Source of the DNA: Bacteroidia bacterium
GTDB lineage: Bacteria > Bacteroidota > Bacteroidia > M30B66
Direction: 5' to 3'
DNA: 64,000 bases
Assembly: GCA_965279035.1 (NCBI GenBank)
Contig: OZ257142.1
Span: 4,136,667-4,200,666, forward strand
Shown piece by piece: positions 33,567 through 43,053 of this stretch. Under the pieces are notes generated by a model. It had not been told where the DNA came from, made no database searches, and saw nothing but the letters and a program-made list of their open reading frames with translations. The translations under genes and the position numbers were made by a program. Positions within the stretch are counted from its first letter, which is position 1. Every line of letters starts with the position of its first letter.

Positions 33567-34989
33567 TGTTCTTTTGTTTTTTAGTGACCGAAACGTCGAG
33601 TTCTGAATCGCTCAAATATACCTGAATCGAATCGCCCTTTTTTATCGATTTTGCATTGGGTTGAATCTTCCCATCAAGCAGTACTAAAGCAAATCCTCTT
33701 TTTAAAGTATTAACTGGGCTGAGTAAATTGAAAACGGTTTCATAATGATTGAGGTTTTCTTTTTTACTTTTTAGAAAGCGTTTGATTTGCAGAGAAAAAT
33801 CGCTACGAATTGAATTTAATTCATGCCATTCCTTTCCTACAATCAATGTTGGTCGTGTGCTTAATTGACGGGTTAAAAGATTCATTGTTTTAGAATGTTG
33901 GTATAGTAAGCCCGTGCTTTTGCTAATAATGCGTTGTCGATTGGAATTTAATTGATCGAACTGTGCACTCAGAATATTGGTAGATGCCTGTTGAATTAAA
34001 CTAAAATTTCGAGTTAGAAGGTCTTTTTCTTTAATCAACAATTGTTGCGAGCGAATAATAATTTGTTGCCTTAATTGAATGATGTTTTCTTCAAAATTAC
34101 GGTTGTGAGCTAAAATAAATTCAGCGGCTTTTGTTGGTGTTTTAAGCGCTGTGTGAGCCATTAGATCGCACACAGAAATATCTTTAAGGTGACCAAGTCC
34201 TGTTAAAATTGGAATTGGAAAACGTGCCACTGCTTTAGCTAAAGGATATGCATCGAACATGAGAAAATCGGTTTGTGCTCCTCCTCCACGCACAATGACA
34301 ACTACATCGAAAGTTTTCTCACTTTTAAAAATTTCAATCAATCGATTCACCAATTGTTGTCCTTGTTCATCGCCTTGAACCAAGGTTTGAAACAAATGAA
34401 CTTCGAGTTTATAACCAAAAGGATTCTCCTCAATTGTATGACGAAAATCTTGCAGACCAGCACTACTCTCGGAAGAAATTACAGCAATTCGTTGAATAAC
34501 ATCGGGTAGTTTGATGCTTTGATTTCGCGTATAATAACGACCATTAGCAAATTGTACAACATCCGAATTTTCTGAAACCAATCTTGCAAGAGTAGCGTCG
34601 CGTTGTTGTTGAAGTTGACCAATGGTGAAGCTTGCATCAATTTTATTAAGCGCTACTTTCAGTCCATGAACTGGATGATAGTTTACCGAAATATTGACTA
34701 AAACCTGAATACCATTTTTAAAAACCTGTCCTGTTAATTGCTCAAATGTTTCAATTTCGTATGCCGATTGTCCAAATGCTACAGCCGAAACTTCTGCTTT
34801 TATTTGACCGGATGTTTCATCCTTTTCAATTAAGTGAAAGTAAAATGTATGTGTTCTGGAATAATGATTCAGATTGGAGATTTCGGCAATAACCCAAAAA
34901 GATTGTCCGGCAAAGCGATCTTGCAGCGTTTGGAGAATGATCGCTGTAAATTCTGAAAGACGAATACCGGGTTTGTTGGTTGGTATCAT
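33544..34989 (-). CDS. xseA: Exodeoxyribonuclease VII large subunit
   Basis: FWVIAEIS, RIAVISS..SAGLQDF, IVRGGG, TGLGH, TPTKAAE, LSPVNTLKRGF; start set at ATG 34989. Confidence 0.95.
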   Translation of the reverse strand: MIPTNKPGIRLSEFTAIILQTLQDRFAGQSFWVIAEISNLNHYSRTHTFYFHLIEKDETSGQIKAEVSAVAFGQSAYEIETFEQLTGQVFKNGIQVLVNISVNYHPVHGLKVALNKIDASFTIGQLQQQRDATLARLVSENSDVVQFANGRYYTRNQSIKLPDVIQRIAVISSESSAGLQDFRHTIEENPFGYKLEVHLFQTLVQGDEQGQQLVNRLIEIFKSEKTFDVVVIVRGGGAQTDFLMFDAYPLAKAVARFPIPILTGLGHLKDISVCDLMAHTALKTPTKAAEFILAHNRNFEENIIQLRQQIIIRSQQLLIKEKDLLTRNFSLIQQASTNILSAQFDQLNSNRQRIISKSTGLLYQHSKTMNLLTRQLSTRPTLIVGKEWHELNSIRSDFSLQIKRFLKSKKENLNHYETVFNLLSPVNTLKRGFALVLLDGKIQPNAKSIKKGDSIQVYLSDSELDVSVTKKQKNNGSNLNL

Positions 34990-35076
34990 TTGCAAGCGTG
35001 AAAATACATGAAGTGCAAGGTCGATTGACACTTGTTGATGAATTGTTGCTGAAATAGGATTTCCGTTATTTGTAGC

Positions 35077-36447
35077 ATGTTAAAAAAAAGGAATTTGTTG
35101 AATTTAAGTTTTGCGCTAATGCTTTTGGCGACACTCCTTCCTTTTTTGATTCTTGCCTGGTTTAATTGGCCATCGAGTGACGATTATTTTGATTGGATGT
35201 ATGTTCAAGAGAACGGAATTCCAAGTGCATTAAAAAATTATTATCTTCATTGGGGAGGAAGATTTAGTAGTTCCTTCATAGTATATCTACTTAACCCTTT
35301 GCAATGGGGCGAAAACTCAGCGATGCGTTGGTTGACATTCATTCAACTTGGATTGTTCGTATTGCTTTGTTACCAATTAAGTTCTTTGGTTTTAAATAAA
35401 AATCAAACTGGTAAAACCAGTTTCAGCCTCCTTGTTTTATTGAGTCTTTTTTGGTGGTGTTATTTGCCTCGTCCAGTTGAGTTGTTATTTTGGTTTACAG
35501 GAAGTATGACCTATTTGCCAGGTTTGGTAGCGATGGGATATTGGTATTCATTGAGTCAAAAAATAAATCCACTTTCTCGAGTACAGAAAATTTTGCTGAT
35601 TATACTTCCATTTCTAATTGCAGGCAGCAATGAATTAAACATTTTTTTGATGAGTTGCTTAATGGTTTGGGTAATTTCCAAGTCAGGAATAAAGCGAAAA
35701 GAAATAGTATTTGCGCTAATCTTCTTTGTGCTTGGAATTGGTTTGGCTTTGCTTGCTCCGGGAAATTCTGCGCGTTCGGAATTCTTTAGTGAATCGGCTG
35801 GTTTGCCAGTTCATGATTTAGAATTTACATGGAAACAAAGTGCAGAACTTGCGATGCATGCAATAGGAAATTTATTTTTCAAAACTCCGATTTTGTTGTT
35901 GGGATTGTTTTTGGGATTTCTTCCTAGTGTAAATCAAAAAAGCAAAAAGGAAAATAGTGCATTATTTATTGCTGTATTCATTATTCCAATAATACTGTAT
36001 TCGCCATTTTGCTTTGGTACTGGACAGATGCAAGCTCCTGATCGTGTTCACAATGTTGTTTTTATCATTGAATCTTTTTTGTTTTTATGTTTTTGTCGCG
36101 GATTGGTGAATACTAAAGTGGCTATCAATTATTCCAAAGAAATGGCCATCATATTAGGATTGATTTGTTTGTTCATTCCTGGTAATCGCGTGCAATCGGC
36201 ATGGAGAGATTTAGGGCGAGTAGAAGAGTATCAAAAACAGCAGGTTTCTCGCCGAAAGTATATTGAAGAAGTTAAGTTGAAGTATGATCCATTGATGATT
36301 ACTTTCTCCGAAATTCAATGCATTCCTTATACGCTCTTTTATGGTGATTTAAGTAGTAATCCGCAGGATCATTTTAATCAGGGATTTGCTCGATATCATG
36401 GGATAAGAGCTGTTAAAGTTGAAGTTTATGAAGAAGCTCCGAAATAA
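35077..36447 (+). CDS. Polytopic membrane protein (GT-C/DUF6056-like, possible glycosyltransferase)
   Basis: PSSDDY...YLHWGGRF, FWFTGS..Y, GSNE, APGNSAR motifs among many TM helices. Confidence 0.7.
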   Translation: MLKKRNLLNLSFALMLLATLLPFLILAWFNWPSSDDYFDWMYVQENGIPSALKNYYLHWGGRFSSSFIVYLLNPLQWGENSAMRWLTFIQLGLFVLLCYQLSSLVLNKNQTGKTSFSLLVLLSLFWWCYLPRPVELLFWFTGSMTYLPGLVAMGYWYSLSQKINPLSRVQKILLIILPFLIAGSNELNIFLMSCLMVWVISKSGIKRKEIVFALIFFVLGIGLALLAPGNSARSEFFSESAGLPVHDLEFTWKQSAELAMHAIGNLFFKTPILLLGLFLGFLPSVNQKSKKENSALFIAVFIIPIILYSPFCFGTGQMQAPDRVHNVVFIIESFLFLCFCRGLVNTKVAINYSKEMAIILGLICLFIPGNRVQSAWRDLGRVEEYQKQQVSRRKYIEEVKLKYDPLMITFSEIQCIPYTLFYGDLSSNPQDHFNQGFARYHGIRAVKVEVYEEAPK

Positions 36448-36454
36448 TATTAGC

Positions 36455-36874
36455 ACTGTTTATTCGGTTGAATAATCAAATTATTTATTCTTTTCAATTA
36501 TTGAATAATGACTATGATAGCATCTTGCCAATTAATCATTCATGTTTGTCTGCGACTCCATACTTTCTTGTCTTGACACACGCTTCGACAAGCTCAGCGT
36601 GCATTTAAAGAAGGTCAAGTCTGGACGATGCTGCTTACGCTCTAGGCCATTTTTCGACCATTCTGTAAGGACAATCATTTTTCTAATTTAAGTCGAAACA
36701 CACCCTCGCCGCCCAGACATAGCCACCGCTCTGATCCGTTTCTAAACCTAATTATACTTAATACGTTACGTTTAAGGTTATACATTTCCTTTGTATTATG
36801 TGTTAAACTTTAATTATTATTGAAGTTAAATTTCATTTTAACTATTTGTTTTAATTTTTATTCACTCAACGGAT
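36455..36874. mobile_element. IS982-type non-autonomous element with structured core, copy A (degenerate ends)
   Basis: Core 36535-36752 aligns with copies B and C; ends ACTGTTTATTCGGTTGAAT and TTCACTCAACGGAT are decayed versions of the IS982 IR; no target duplication visible. Confidence 0.7.
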
Positions 36875-36876
36875 GA

Positions 36877-37242
36877 TTATCGTATTTCTGGTTTGTAATA
36901 CATATTGAGCGATTCCGGTTTGCCGTCGGCTTTTACATCGAGTTTTGCTTCTTGATCGGATGCATTTAAAAATAATAAAGCTGCTTCTGAAGGAGCTTTT
37001 GCTTTAATGTCTTTTCCTGGTTGAAGTTGGATGAGTTCTTTTTCGGTTCCATCGGATGTGCGAAGTGAAATGATTACTGGAACATTTCCAACATTTTTAG
37101 CATACGCCGAGAATGACTTTGATTGACCACCACCAAGAAAGAATTGTTCGTGAGGTTTTATTGTAAGTTGTGACTTAAACTGGGGTGAAATAAATGCGTA
37201 AAGAATAAGAAGAATTGCAGCGAATGGGAGAATTTTTTTCAT
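36877..37242 (-). CDS. Small exported hypothetical protein
   Basis: MKKILPFAAILLILYAF signal peptide; the longer ORF call starts inside the MITE inverted repeat, so start set at 37242. Confidence 0.75.
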   Translation of the reverse strand: MKKILPFAAILLILYAFISPQFKSQLTIKPHEQFFLGGGQSKSFSAYAKNVGNVPVIISLRTSDGTEKELIQLQPGKDIKAKAPSEAALLFLNASDQEAKLDVKADGKPESLNMYYKPEIR

Positions 37243-37283
37243 GTATTGTTTTTTAATGAACGTGCATGAATTGAAAAGGTTTA

Positions 37284-37685
37284 ACCCGTTGTGCGGTTGA
37301 ATTATCAATTTATTTTATCATATTAAACAATGAAATAAGGCTGTTAATGCTTCTTGACACTATATCATTCATGTTTGTCTACGACGTATTAATTCTTGTC
37401 TTGACACACGCTTCGACAAGCTCAGCGTGCATTTAAAGAAGGTCAAGTCTGGACGATGCTGCTTACGCACCAGGCCTTTTTTCGACCATTTTGCTCGGAT
37501 AAGCTTTTTTTTCATCTATGTCGAAACACACCCTCGCCGCCCAGACATAGCCTCCACAAGATCCGTTTCTAAACCTAATTTTAATTTAAATAATTTAATC
37601 TAAAGGCATTACATAAGTAATGATTATTGGGGTAAGCGATAAATAGTGTTGAAGGATAATTCTAATTTTTAACCGCACAACGGGA
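37284..37685. mobile_element. IS982-type MITE with structured core, copy B (intact)
   Basis: IRs ACCCGTTGTGCGGTT / AACCGCACAACGGGA, matching the IS at 41024-42044 but for the last base; 8-bp target duplication AAGGTTTA (37276-37283, 37686-37693); no internal ORF in the track. Confidence 0.92.
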
Positions 37686-37745
37686 AAGGTTTATTATTTT
37701 AGGTTTTCGATTTAATTTGTGTTTTTCCATTTTAATTATTGAACA

Positions 37746-38348
37746 ATGAATCAACTTTCCTATATCCAAAATGCTGCTCCATTTGCCCAGCCAATTCTGC
37801 TATATATTCAGGAATTGGTGATGAAGGTTTGTCCGGAAGCGGAGGTGAAAATCAAGTGGAGTTTTCCCTGTTTTATATATAAAGGCAAGATGCTCTGCAG
37901 CATGGCGGCATTTAAAAATCATTGCAGTTTTGGGTTTTGGTTAACGGAGCAATTGCATGATCCACATGGATATTTATTACCAAATAATGACAAATCAGCG
38001 ATGGGGAATTTGGGTAGAATTACTTCGATAGCAGATATTCCAGAAGAATCGGTGATGGTTGATTTTATTTGTCAAACAATGATTTTAATTGACAATGGAG
38101 CAAAGCTTAGCAGAAAGAAAAACACTGAACCTAAACCGTTGATTATACCTGAAGAATTAGAAATTGCATTGCAATCTTCAGCTAAGGCTGGAAATGTATT
38201 TTTAGCCTTTAGCACATCTCATAAAAGAGAATATGCGGAATGGATAATGGAAGCGAAAACTACAGCAACAAAAGAAAAGCGAGTTGCTCAAGCAATTGCT
38301 ATGATGGAAGAAGGGAAAAGTAGGAATTGGAAATATGAGAAATGTTGA
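37746..38348 (+). CDS. YdeI/OmpD-associated family protein (DUF1801 + OmdA)
   Basis: IKWSFPCF..KG, FKNHCSFGFW, SHKREYAEWIMEAKTTATKEKR, GKSRNWKY. Confidence 0.88.
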   Translation: MNQLSYIQNAAPFAQPILLYIQELVMKVCPEAEVKIKWSFPCFIYKGKMLCSMAAFKNHCSFGFWLTEQLHDPHGYLLPNNDKSAMGNLGRITSIADIPEESVMVDFICQTMILIDNGAKLSRKKNTEPKPLIIPEELEIALQSSAKAGNVFLAFSTSHKREYAEWIMEAKTTATKEKRVAQAIAMMEEGKSRNWKYEKC

Positions 38349-38367
38349 ATAATTATTAATTACGAAT

Positions 38368-39762
38368 CAGTACTGTCCGGTTAAAGTTTAAATCAGAAAA
38401 AAGGAGCGACCATTTCGATCACTCCTTTTGTGATTATTTTTGAGTTACGACACACCAAAATAATCATGAGTAAAAGTAAATATTTTACCGGACAGCCGAT
38501 TTACAGTCAACTCCTTTCTTATCTGCCTCAGACGAAAGTAAAGAACATAGCTGATGAGCATAACGCTGATAGGTATTATAAGAACTTCAGGACTTATACG
38601 CACCTAGTAACGATGCTTTACGCAATCTTTAATCGGTGTACAGGTATCCGAGAAGTGACCTCAGGCCTACTTGCCTGGGAAGGCAGGATACAGCATTTAG
38701 GAATCAACTACTTTCCCAGAAGGAGCACGATTTCAGATGCAAATACCAGTCGACCAGCCGATGTCTTTGAAGATATTTACTACTGGCTTTATGACCGATA
38801 CAAGCATTTTTTACCGGACAGCCGAAGTAAAATCGCATCCCGGCTTTATATTGTTGACTCGACAACGATTCAGTTGTTTCAGGAAGTTTTGAAAAATGCC
38901 GGTCGTAATCCCGCCGATGGTAAGCGCAAAGGCGGTATTAAGGTGCATACTTTAATGAGGAGTGATCAAGACGTGCCTTGCTTGATAAGGTTCTCTGCTG
39001 GAGCTGGAGCCGACAGCCCATTTCTGCAGAACATACACCTGCAACGTGGGTCCATTGTGGTGTTTGATCGTGGTTATAATGATTACAAGCAATACAACCG
39101 TTTCTCGGAAGAAAATGTCACATGGGTGACCCGATTACGAAACAACACCGTGATCAAAGTCCTGCGGGAAAAGAAAATTTCAGACAAGGAAAAGCAGAAC
39201 GGAATTTTGCTCGACCAGATTATAGAAATGGGCCACACCAAGCACAATAACAATACACGAGTGAAGGCACGTCTTATAAAATATGAGGACAAAAAATCGA
39301 AGAGGATATTTGAATTCATAACCAATAACAATCAATTCAAACCCTCCTCAATCGCACTGTTTTATAAAAATCGTTGGCAGATCGAATCGCTATTTAAGCG
39401 TATCAAACAGAACTATCCGATGCAAAGCTTCCTTGGAGAGAGCGAAAATGCGATCAAAATCCAAATCTGGTGTGCCCTGATCGCTGACCTTGTCTTAAAA
39501 ATTGTCAAAGCAAGAGCTGGTAAAAACTGGTCGTTTTCAAATCTTGCAGCCATGGTCAGGCTACATTTGATGACCTATATCAACCTTTTTGAATTCCTCA
39601 TCAATCCTGAAAAATCGCTAATTAGAAATCAAATTAAATCCTTTCAACTGCCATTGTTCCCTCCATAGGGGGCTTTATTTTAAATAAATACCATCAACAC
39701 CCGCATTTACTGCAACTACAGAAGGTAAATCATGCAATCTCAATTTTAACCGGACAGTACTG
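38368..39762 (+). mobile_element. IS4-family insertion sequence, 1395 bp
   Basis: IRs CAGTACTGTCCGGTTAAA / TTTAACCGGACAGTACTG; 9-bp target duplication ATTACGAAT (38359-38367, 39763-39771). Confidence 0.95.
38466..39668 (+). CDS. IS4-family DDE transposase (DUF4372-type N-terminus)
   Basis: RRSTISDAN, IVDSTTI, VFDRGY, YKNRWQIESLFKRIKQ (YREK motif). Confidence 0.95.
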   Translation: MSKSKYFTGQPIYSQLLSYLPQTKVKNIADEHNADRYYKNFRTYTHLVTMLYAIFNRCTGIREVTSGLLAWEGRIQHLGINYFPRRSTISDANTSRPADVFEDIYYWLYDRYKHFLPDSRSKIASRLYIVDSTTIQLFQEVLKNAGRNPADGKRKGGIKVHTLMRSDQDVPCLIRFSAGAGADSPFLQNIHLQRGSIVVFDRGYNDYKQYNRFSEENVTWVTRLRNNTVIKVLREKKISDKEKQNGILLDQIIEMGHTKHNNNTRVKARLIKYEDKKSKRIFEFITNNNQFKPSSIALFYKNRWQIESLFKRIKQNYPMQSFLGESENAIKIQIWCALIADLVLKIVKARAGKNWSFSNLAAMVRLHLMTYINLFEFLINPEKSLIRNQIKSFQLPLFPP

Positions 39763-39816
39763 ATTACGAATTATTAATTATTAATTACGAATGGGGGTTA
39801 CGATAAACGACAAATT

Positions 39817-40003
39817 TTGCATCTGTGTGTGGTGACCTGGGACTTAAGTCCCAGGGTGCTGATGTTAGAGATTGACATTATCCTGCAAGCATTTTCGTGC
39901 TATTGATTGATTTTTCTAAATCTTGCATCTGTGTAAGGTAGCCTCTGACTTAAGTCCGAGGGTGCTGATAGAGATTGGCAGTATTTAGCAAGCATTTTCT
40001 TGC
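39817..40003. repeat. Two ~80-bp direct repeats, each with a REP-like palindrome
   Basis: TTGCATCTGTGT...CCTGGGACTTAAGTCCCAGG-GTGCTGAT...GCAAGCATTTTC (39817-39896) and TTGCATCTGTGT...GTAG-CCTCTGACTTAAGTCCGAGG-GTGCTGAT...GCAAGCATTTTC (39923-39999). Confidence 0.85.
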
Positions 40004-40078
40004 GACAGGGATTGAAGCCATTACCGCTTGGCGACTGAAAGGAGAAAAGCAGTAGAGGCGGAAAGCCCGGTAATGGCG
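40002..40078 (+). ncRNA. Flavo-1-like structured RNA/repeat, copy 3
   Basis: GCGACAGGGATTGAAGCCATTACCGCTT...AAGCAGTAGAGGCGGAAAGCCCGGTAATGGCG; homologous to the reverse complement of 11631-11712. Confidence 0.65.
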
Positions 40079-40117
40079 AGGTGGAGAGAAGCGGAACCTT
40101 GCCATTAGTTGCACAAA

Positions 40118-40984
40118 TTAAAACAATAATATTCCGAGTTTTAAATTGAGATATAGACCGAAGTTTAATTTTGTAGCTTTTATATTAGTAAGATAGCTAT
40201 TTTCATTATTGCTAAATGCAAACAGATTTGCTCCGTTTTTATGGGCAATTAGGGAGGAAAAAATGTTGTCTGAACTATTTGGAGAGTTTGTGATATTTAA
40301 AGATGTTCCAAAATTTAAATCGAGCATCATACGTGAATTTAGCAAATAGTTTTTCCCACCGCCCATAAATAAGCTAAAGAAAGACACATTTACATCTTTA
40401 AAATTAACTCGCCTTACGCCATCATAAATTAATTGCCAAGAATAATCATATTCATGAGCATAAATATAAGGTGCATTAAAAGATCCTGATATTATTTGTT
40501 TACCTGCTTTAAATCCTAATTGAAAATAACTTCCATAAGGAGCAGATATAGCTCCTCCACGATAGAAATTCATTGAAAGTCCAAATACCCGTTGCTTTGC
40601 AGTAATATGCACATTGGGTTGATATGAAACTTGATGGTTTATTAGTTCAGCTAAATCATAATTCGAGAATTTTGATTTAATTATCTCTCTATCATAGTTT
40701 GGCAGGTATTGATCCCATTTATTATTTGTAGCGCGCTCCATCCAATAGATAAAATTTGACCCTTTGAAAATGCCATGAATGGGAGTTTGGGTGATCGAGT
40801 AGCTTAGTGCAATGGTAAAACTTCGTGTTACTACAGATTCTAATTCGATGTTTGTAATGGGGCGACGGATTCCATTAACTATATCTGTTTTTAATAGAAA
40901 TCGTTTGCCCATAATTCCCACTTGAGAAATAGAAGGGAGTGTGAGAATAGTTAAAACGAGAATTAGCAAATAGGACTTACGCAT
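40118..40984 (-). CDS. Putative outer-membrane beta-barrel protein, paralog 2
   Basis: Signal peptide, C-terminal FGLYLNLKLGILLF; long identical blocks with 42145-43053. Confidence 0.8.
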   Translation of the reverse strand: MRKSYLLILVLTILTLPSISQVGIMGKRFLLKTDIVNGIRRPITNIELESVVTRSFTIALSYSITQTPIHGIFKGSNFIYWMERATNNKWDQYLPNYDREIIKSKFSNYDLAELINHQVSYQPNVHITAKQRVFGLSMNFYRGGAISAPYGSYFQLGFKAGKQIISGSFNAPYIYAHEYDYSWQLIYDGVRRVNFKDVNVSFFSLFMGGGKNYLLNSRMMLDLNFGTSLNITNSPNSSDNIFSSLIAHKNGANLFAFSNNENSYLTNIKATKLNFGLYLNLKLGILLF

Positions 40985-41023
40985 AGTGAATGAAAATCGA
41001 ATGAATATAGATTATTAGATATA

Positions 41024-42044
41024 ACCCGTTGTGCGGTTAAAAAGCCAAAGTATGTTTGACCTGGTTTAGAGGTCTTTGATTGATCATATTCAAGTATTGT
41101 AGACAAGTGAATGCCCCTATTTTACTAGTGATTCGTGCAAAGAATCCATAAAAGCTTTTAGCAAAATTCTTTTTAATTGAGAACTGATCACAGAATTGAG
41201 AAAAGGTTGTTTCGATTCTTTTTCTTGTTTTGCGATATAGTGGATTCCATTGAGTTGGTCCAACTTGATTTCCACGCAATGGTGTAATCAATTTTACTGA
41301 GTATTCTTTGAATAAACTTAATTGGATGTTTTTCCCAATATAACCTTTGTCCCCAAGCAAATTTACATTCTCTAAAAACCCTTTTGTCATATCATCTAAA
41401 GTCTTTACATCATGCACATTTGCTTGCGTTATAGCGAAATTATTGATTACTGAATTTGAGCTAACAACCATATTGAGTTTATAACCAAAATAATGCGTTT
41501 TATCAATTGCAGAAAATCCTTTTGCAGGCAAAAAATCAAGATCATCTTTCATAATTTTAAGATTACTACAACGAACAAAACGACAAATTGGAAGAGGCAT
41601 TGAATCTATGATAAAAGTTTCTTCTCCTTCAGAAAGTTCATTACTTAGTTTTTCAGAGAGCTGATCAATAAAAGGCTGCAAGAATCTTCTGCGTCGATTG
41701 AAATTAGTTCTGTCTGGAAGTGTTTTGCAATACTTTGGATATGAATTTCTTAGAATTGAGAATAGCATGTTTTCAGAATCTATTTGCATTGCTTCTGCTG
41801 TAAAAGCCAATGCAACTATCTCAATATCTGAAGCTTTAGGCTGGTTCGAGTATCGACGAAAATTTCCATTTGTCAGATTATCAGCGCCATATACTTCGAT
41901 TAGCAATTGACGAAACTTGGTTATATTCGCTATGAGGTTGTGCATATTAGATTTGTGTGAGAACTCTTCTAATATACTGTATATCAGTTTAATGCACAAC
42001 CTTATTTTAAATTAATTATCTACATATTCAACCGCACAACGGGT
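41024..42044 (-). mobile_element. IS982-family insertion sequence, 1021 bp
   Basis: Perfect 15-bp IRs ACCCGTTGTGCGGTT; 8-bp target duplication TAGATATA (41016-41023, 42045-42052). Confidence 0.95.
41037..41945 (-). CDS. IS982-family DDE transposase
   Basis: SDIEIV, FNRRRR, IIDSMPLPIC, YFGYKL, ANVHD, LLGDKGYI, RKRIETTFSQ; stop codon overlaps the IR. Confidence 0.95.
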   Translation of the reverse strand: MHNLIANITKFRQLLIEVYGADNLTNGNFRRYSNQPKASDIEIVALAFTAEAMQIDSENMLFSILRNSYPKYCKTLPDRTNFNRRRRFLQPFIDQLSEKLSNELSEGEETFIIDSMPLPICRFVRCSNLKIMKDDLDFLPAKGFSAIDKTHYFGYKLNMVVSSNSVINNFAITQANVHDVKTLDDMTKGFLENVNLLGDKGYIGKNIQLSLFKEYSVKLITPLRGNQVGPTQWNPLYRKTRKRIETTFSQFCDQFSIKKNFAKSFYGFFARITSKIGAFTCLQYLNMINQRPLNQVKHTLAF

Positions 42045-42144
42045 TAGATATAACTTAATGAATAAAAATTTAGCTGAGTTATTTCGCATTTTTTAATTAG
42101 AAAACTCAGTACCAACATGCTCTTTAAATTCATTTCTAATGATA

Positions 42145-43053
42145 TTAAAACAAGAGTATTCCGAGTTTAAGGTTGAGATATAATCCAAAATTTACTTTAG
42201 ATGTATGTTGACTAATTGTAATGCTTTTTTCATTATCGCTAAAAGCAGCCAGATTAGCTCCGTTTTTATGTGCTATTAAGGAAGAAAAAATATTATCTGA
42301 ATCATCTTTGGGAGTAGTAACATTTAAAGAAGTTCCAAAATTTAAATCGAGCATCATGCGTGAATTAAGCAAATAGTTTTTTCCTCCACCCATAAATAGA
42401 GAAATGAATGACACATTTACATCTTTAAAATCAACTCGTTTTACTCCATTATAAAAGTATTGATAAATGAAATCATTTTTAAAAGCATAGATATAGGGTG
42501 CATTGAATGAACCCGATATTATTTGTTTTCCCGCTTTAAAGCCTAATTGAAAGTAACTTCCAAAAGGGGCCGAAATAGCGCCTCCATGATAGAAATTCAT
42601 TGAGAGCCCAAAAACACGCTGCTTTGCTGTGATACGCACATTGGGATTAAATGAAGCTTGATTTTTAATTAAAGTAATTAAACTATTGATATCATAATTT
42701 GAAGTAATATCATTTCGATTATAATCAGGAAGATATTCGTTCCATGTTTTATCGGAAGAATGATCCATCCAATAGATAAAATTTGAGCCTTTGAATATGC
42801 CATGAATGGGAGTTTGGGTGATAGAATAGCTCAGTGATAGTGTAAAACTTCGCGTTAATGCTGTTTCTAATTCGATGTTCGTAATGGGGCGACGGATTCC
42901 ATTGACAACATCTGTTTTTAATAAAAATCGTTTGCCCATAAGGCCCACTTGGGCATGCACACAATTGCTTTGAACAACTAAAAATACTATGCTTAATAAA
43001 ACAAATGTTTGTCTTAATTTAATGAATTGAGTATTGGTAAATACTACGATCAT
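42145..43053 (-). CDS. Putative outer-membrane beta-barrel protein, paralog 1
   Basis: Signal peptide, amphipathic strands, C-terminal Phe; paralog of 40118-40984. Confidence 0.8.
   Translation of the reverse strand: MIVVFTNTQFIKLRQTFVLLSIVFLVVQSNCVHAQVGLMGKRFLLKTDVVNGIRRPITNIELETALTRSFTLSLSYSITQTPIHGIFKGSNFIYWMDHSSDKTWNEYLPDYNRNDITSNYDINSLITLIKNQASFNPNVRITAKQRVFGLSMNFYHGGAISAPFGSYFQLGFKAGKQIISGSFNAPYIYAFKNDFIYQYFYNGVKRVDFKDVNVSFISLFMGGGKNYLLNSRMMLDLNFGTSLNVTTPKDDSDNIFSSLIAHKNGANLAAFSDNEKSITISQHTSKVNFGLYLNLKLGILLF

Noticed and set aside
36535-36752. Group II intron remnant or known riboswitch as identity of the MITE core
   Set aside because: No domain V/VI signature or riboswitch consensus was recognisable by eye; needs a covariance-model search.
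37243-37308. Longer N-terminus for the 36877 ORF, and similar upstream starts at 41999, 43805, 55760 and 8496
   Set aside because: These extensions run through IS ends, promoters or neighbouring genes; the downstream ATGs give proper signal peptides or family N-termini.
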